Shown here: piece after piece, positions 25,445-27,373 of the stretch
Numbering within the stretch: position 1 is the first letter of the stretch
Layout: every line of letters begins with the position of its first letter
NCBI GenBank assembly: GCA_030586555.1
Contig: JAURAC010000034.1
Span: forward strand, 1-27,373
Length of the DNA: 27,373 bases
From: Candidatus Subterrananammoxibius californiae
GTDB lineage: Bacteria; Planctomycetota; Brocadiia; Brocadiales; Subterrananammoxibiaceae
Direction of reading: 5' to 3'
The notes under the pieces: generated by a model
Told to the model about the DNA's origin: nothing
Databases searched by the model: none
What the model saw: the letters and a program-made list of their open reading frames with translations, nothing else
Translations under genes and position numbers: made by a program

Positions 25445-26671
25445 TTAAAGATACACTACCCCGTGCGCACTTCTATCTACTAAAATAAACAAAATGAGGT
25501 AGTCCTTCAAATGTCTTGTTAAAAGAAAATTGTGCCTGACGTATTCCTGTCCATTCTTTCCCATCTTTTGCGCAAGCAATGGGTTGGCAAGTAGAAACTT
25601 GATGGCATTTGCCGTTCCTTCGATCGTATGGACAAGAAAACCATTAACCTTGTTCTTTATCTGCAATGGAATGCCTCCCGTCATCCCACCAATAACAGGC
25701 TTTCCTTTCCACAAGGCTTCAGTAACGGTCAAGCCGAAACCTTCTTTAATTGATTTTTGTACGATGACGGTTGAAGCGCGTTGAAGGGCATTAATCTCAA
25801 TATTGGCTGTAGGAGGCAAGTCAAGGATATGAATATCTGGGTCGCCTTTTGCCTTTTCTTGTACTTCTGAAAGGACTTTGCTACTTTCGGGGTCATCTGC
25901 AGCACTTCCACCAGCCAGCACAAGCTGGCAGTCCCTGCGTTTTTTAACAATCCTGTAAGCATCTATTACACCAAGTGGGTCCTTCAGATAATCAAACCGT
26001 GATACCTGGGTAACAATTGGTCTTGCATGGTCAATTTGAAAACGCTCCAAAACCTCCATTATAGTTTCTGGAGGCAATTCCTTGTTTTTATCGCTGAGGG
26101 GGTCTATGGATGGTTGAATCAAGAACTCCCTTATAGGGAGTTTCTGGGCAAAAAATGGCGCAGTAAAGATGGAGGCATCGTATTTTTCTACAAAAGGTCG
26201 GATAAAATCCCAGCAGGAGGGGTTCGGATTAGAGAGGTCTATATGACATCGCCAAATCCATTTACATGGCTTTGTGTTACGAACCGAAACCAGTCCCACA
26301 GGTTGTGGGTCATGAACAAACATTATATCGCCACTAAACTCCATTGACTCTATGTTTTTCTGTGTTTCGTCGAGGAATAGCTCCTTCATTTCGTCGGTAA
26401 GTGTCCCTTCTTTTCCATGAAGCATGTTGTGAATTTCTTTTGTTACTTGAAAGAAGGCATCTCCACCTTTAAAGACATCCCACCGTGAGTTTACCCCCAA
26501 TTCATTAGAAAGCGGCACAAGCCGTGATAAAATCTCGGCAACGCCGCCACCTACCGCAGTTGAATTAATATGCTGAATTACCTTTCCCTGAAGGTATTGA
26601 GCTAACGCCTTTAGTTCGTTGATTACTTCCTCTCCGACTATTGGCAAATAATCAAGAAGTGTTTTCTTCAT
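25445..26671 (-). CDS. treT: Trehalose synthase TreT-like glycosyltransferase (GT4)
   Basis: HINSTAVGGGVAEIL, VHDPQP, WIWRCHIDLS, PSIDPLSDKN, QVSRFD.LKDPLGVI and QKSIKEGFGLTVTEALWK. Confidence 0.9.
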   Translation of the reverse strand: MKKTLLDYLPIVGEEVINELKALAQYLQGKVIQHINSTAVGGGVAEILSRLVPLSNELGVNSRWDVFKGGDAFFQVTKEIHNMLHGKEGTLTDEMKELFLDETQKNIESMEFSGDIMFVHDPQPVGLVSVRNTKPCKWIWRCHIDLSNPNPSCWDFIRPFVEKYDASIFTAPFFAQKLPIREFLIQPSIDPLSDKNKELPPETIMEVLERFQIDHARPIVTQVSRFDYLKDPLGVIDAYRIVKKRRDCQLVLAGGSAADDPESSKVLSEVQEKAKGDPDIHILDLPPTANIEINALQRASTVIVQKSIKEGFGLTVTEALWKGKPVIGGMTGGIPLQIKNKVNGFLVHTIEGTANAIKFLLANPLLAQKMGKNGQEYVRHNFLLTRHLKDYLILFILVDRSAHGVVYL

Positions 26672-26675
26672 TAAC

Positions 26676-26716
26676 TTCCCCTCACCCTACACCCTCTCCC
26701 GCGAGGGGAGAGGGAA
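26676..26716. repeat. CCCTCACCC...CCCTCTCCC-GGGAGAGGG palindromic element
   Basis: TTCCCCTCACCCTACACCCTCTCCCGCGAGGGGAGAGGGAA overlaps the DUF5752 stop and the treT ribosome-binding region. Confidence 0.75.
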
Positions 26717-27373
26717 CTGTGGGATTACTTTCTAAACGTTGTTTAACCAGCTTAGCTATAGAATCTCGTAAATCCCCTATTGTGTGGAAATACGGGTCTA
26801 ATTGCTCCATCTGGGAAGCGAGCTTTTTTTCTCCAAGGGAATTTTCTAACCATTGTGAAAAATCATTAGCGCCTTTCTCCAGACGCAATCTTGCCTCAAA
26901 GACGTGATGATATATGGAATTCAGGCTTACTTTTTGAATTGCCTCGTAAAACTCCAGAAGATTTTTTGCTTTATGTCCTGTCGGAAAAATGACAGAATTT
27001 GCACGTATAAACTGGAACTCCATTCCCTCGGGAGCACTTCGGCTGTATTTAGTTTGCTTAATATGACTTTCAATTACACGAATAATCTGTTCACGTAGTT
27101 CTCGTATTGAGTGAAACTCAACCGTATTAATACTTGCTAACTGCTCACCGAGGGTTCCTTCTTGAAGAACATTAGTCACCCAGTGTGCGAAATCACTTGG
27201 CGGTTCTGGCACCCAGTACTGGTGTTGAAGAAGGAAGTGATGAGTATGATTAAAAATTACTGAACCATCCACCTCTCGAATGCCCTCAAGAAGCTCCTCT
27301 AAATTTTTTGCTTCACGTCCTGCTGATTCAGTAAGTTTTAAGGAGCTGCAAAATATAAATTCTCTGCCTGAGG
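26682..27373 (-). CDS. DUF5752 family protein (TreT-associated), 5'-truncated by the window edge
   Basis: Frame stays open from the edge (SGREFIFCSSLKLTESAGREAKNLEELLEGIREVDGSVIFNHTH...). Internal duplication of A.NL.E....I..V...SI..H...NDF..W; adjacent to treT. Confidence 0.85.
   Translation of the reverse strand, partial: SGREFIFCSSLKLTESAGREAKNLEELLEGIREVDGSVIFNHTHHFLLQHQYWVPEPPSDFAHWVTNVLQEGTLGEQLASINTVEFHSIRELREQIIRVIESHIKQTKYSRSAPEGMEFQFIRANSVIFPTGHKAKNLLEFYEAIQKVSLNSIYHHVFEARLRLEKGANDFSQWLENSLGEKKLASQMEQLDPYFHTIGDLRDSIAKLVKQRLESNPTVPSPLAGEGVG

Overview
Bacterial chromosomal window. Gene content suggests an anaerobe such as an anammox-type Brocadiales planctomycete, but this is inference only. 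Left to right: (1) a 1192-aa secreted multidomain protein (signal peptide, CARDB-like Ig domain, Zn-dependent phospholipase C/P1-nuclease-like domain, three Cys-rich Fn3-like repeats, golvesin-like C-terminus); (2) a BrnT/BrnA-type toxin-antitoxin pair bracketed by a perfect 46-bp direct repeat of the atpD 3' end; (3) a minus-strand hemL + Thermus-order V/A-type ATPase operon (G-I-K-E-C-F-A-B-D) with rfbB inserted between A and B; (4) an IS1202/ISNCY-like left-end remnant; (5) an Rrf2 - YeiH - aprA - aprB - sat sulfur cluster with two matching candidate operators; (6) a small secreted protein behind a sigma54-like promoter; (7) MFS - treT - DUF5752. The non-coding DNA is dense with several families of short palindromes and heptamer arrays, some nested inside one another. 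The most striking observation is that these elements also sit in frame inside housekeeping genes: a 15-bp palindrome TCCRCCnnnGGYGGA read as S-A/T-S/P-G-G in rfbB, atpC and atpI, a GTAG-REP read as VGAGLKPAPT in the MFS gene, and repeats that supply stop codons or SD-like sequences. No rRNA, tRNA, CRISPR array or intact transposase/integrase was seen.
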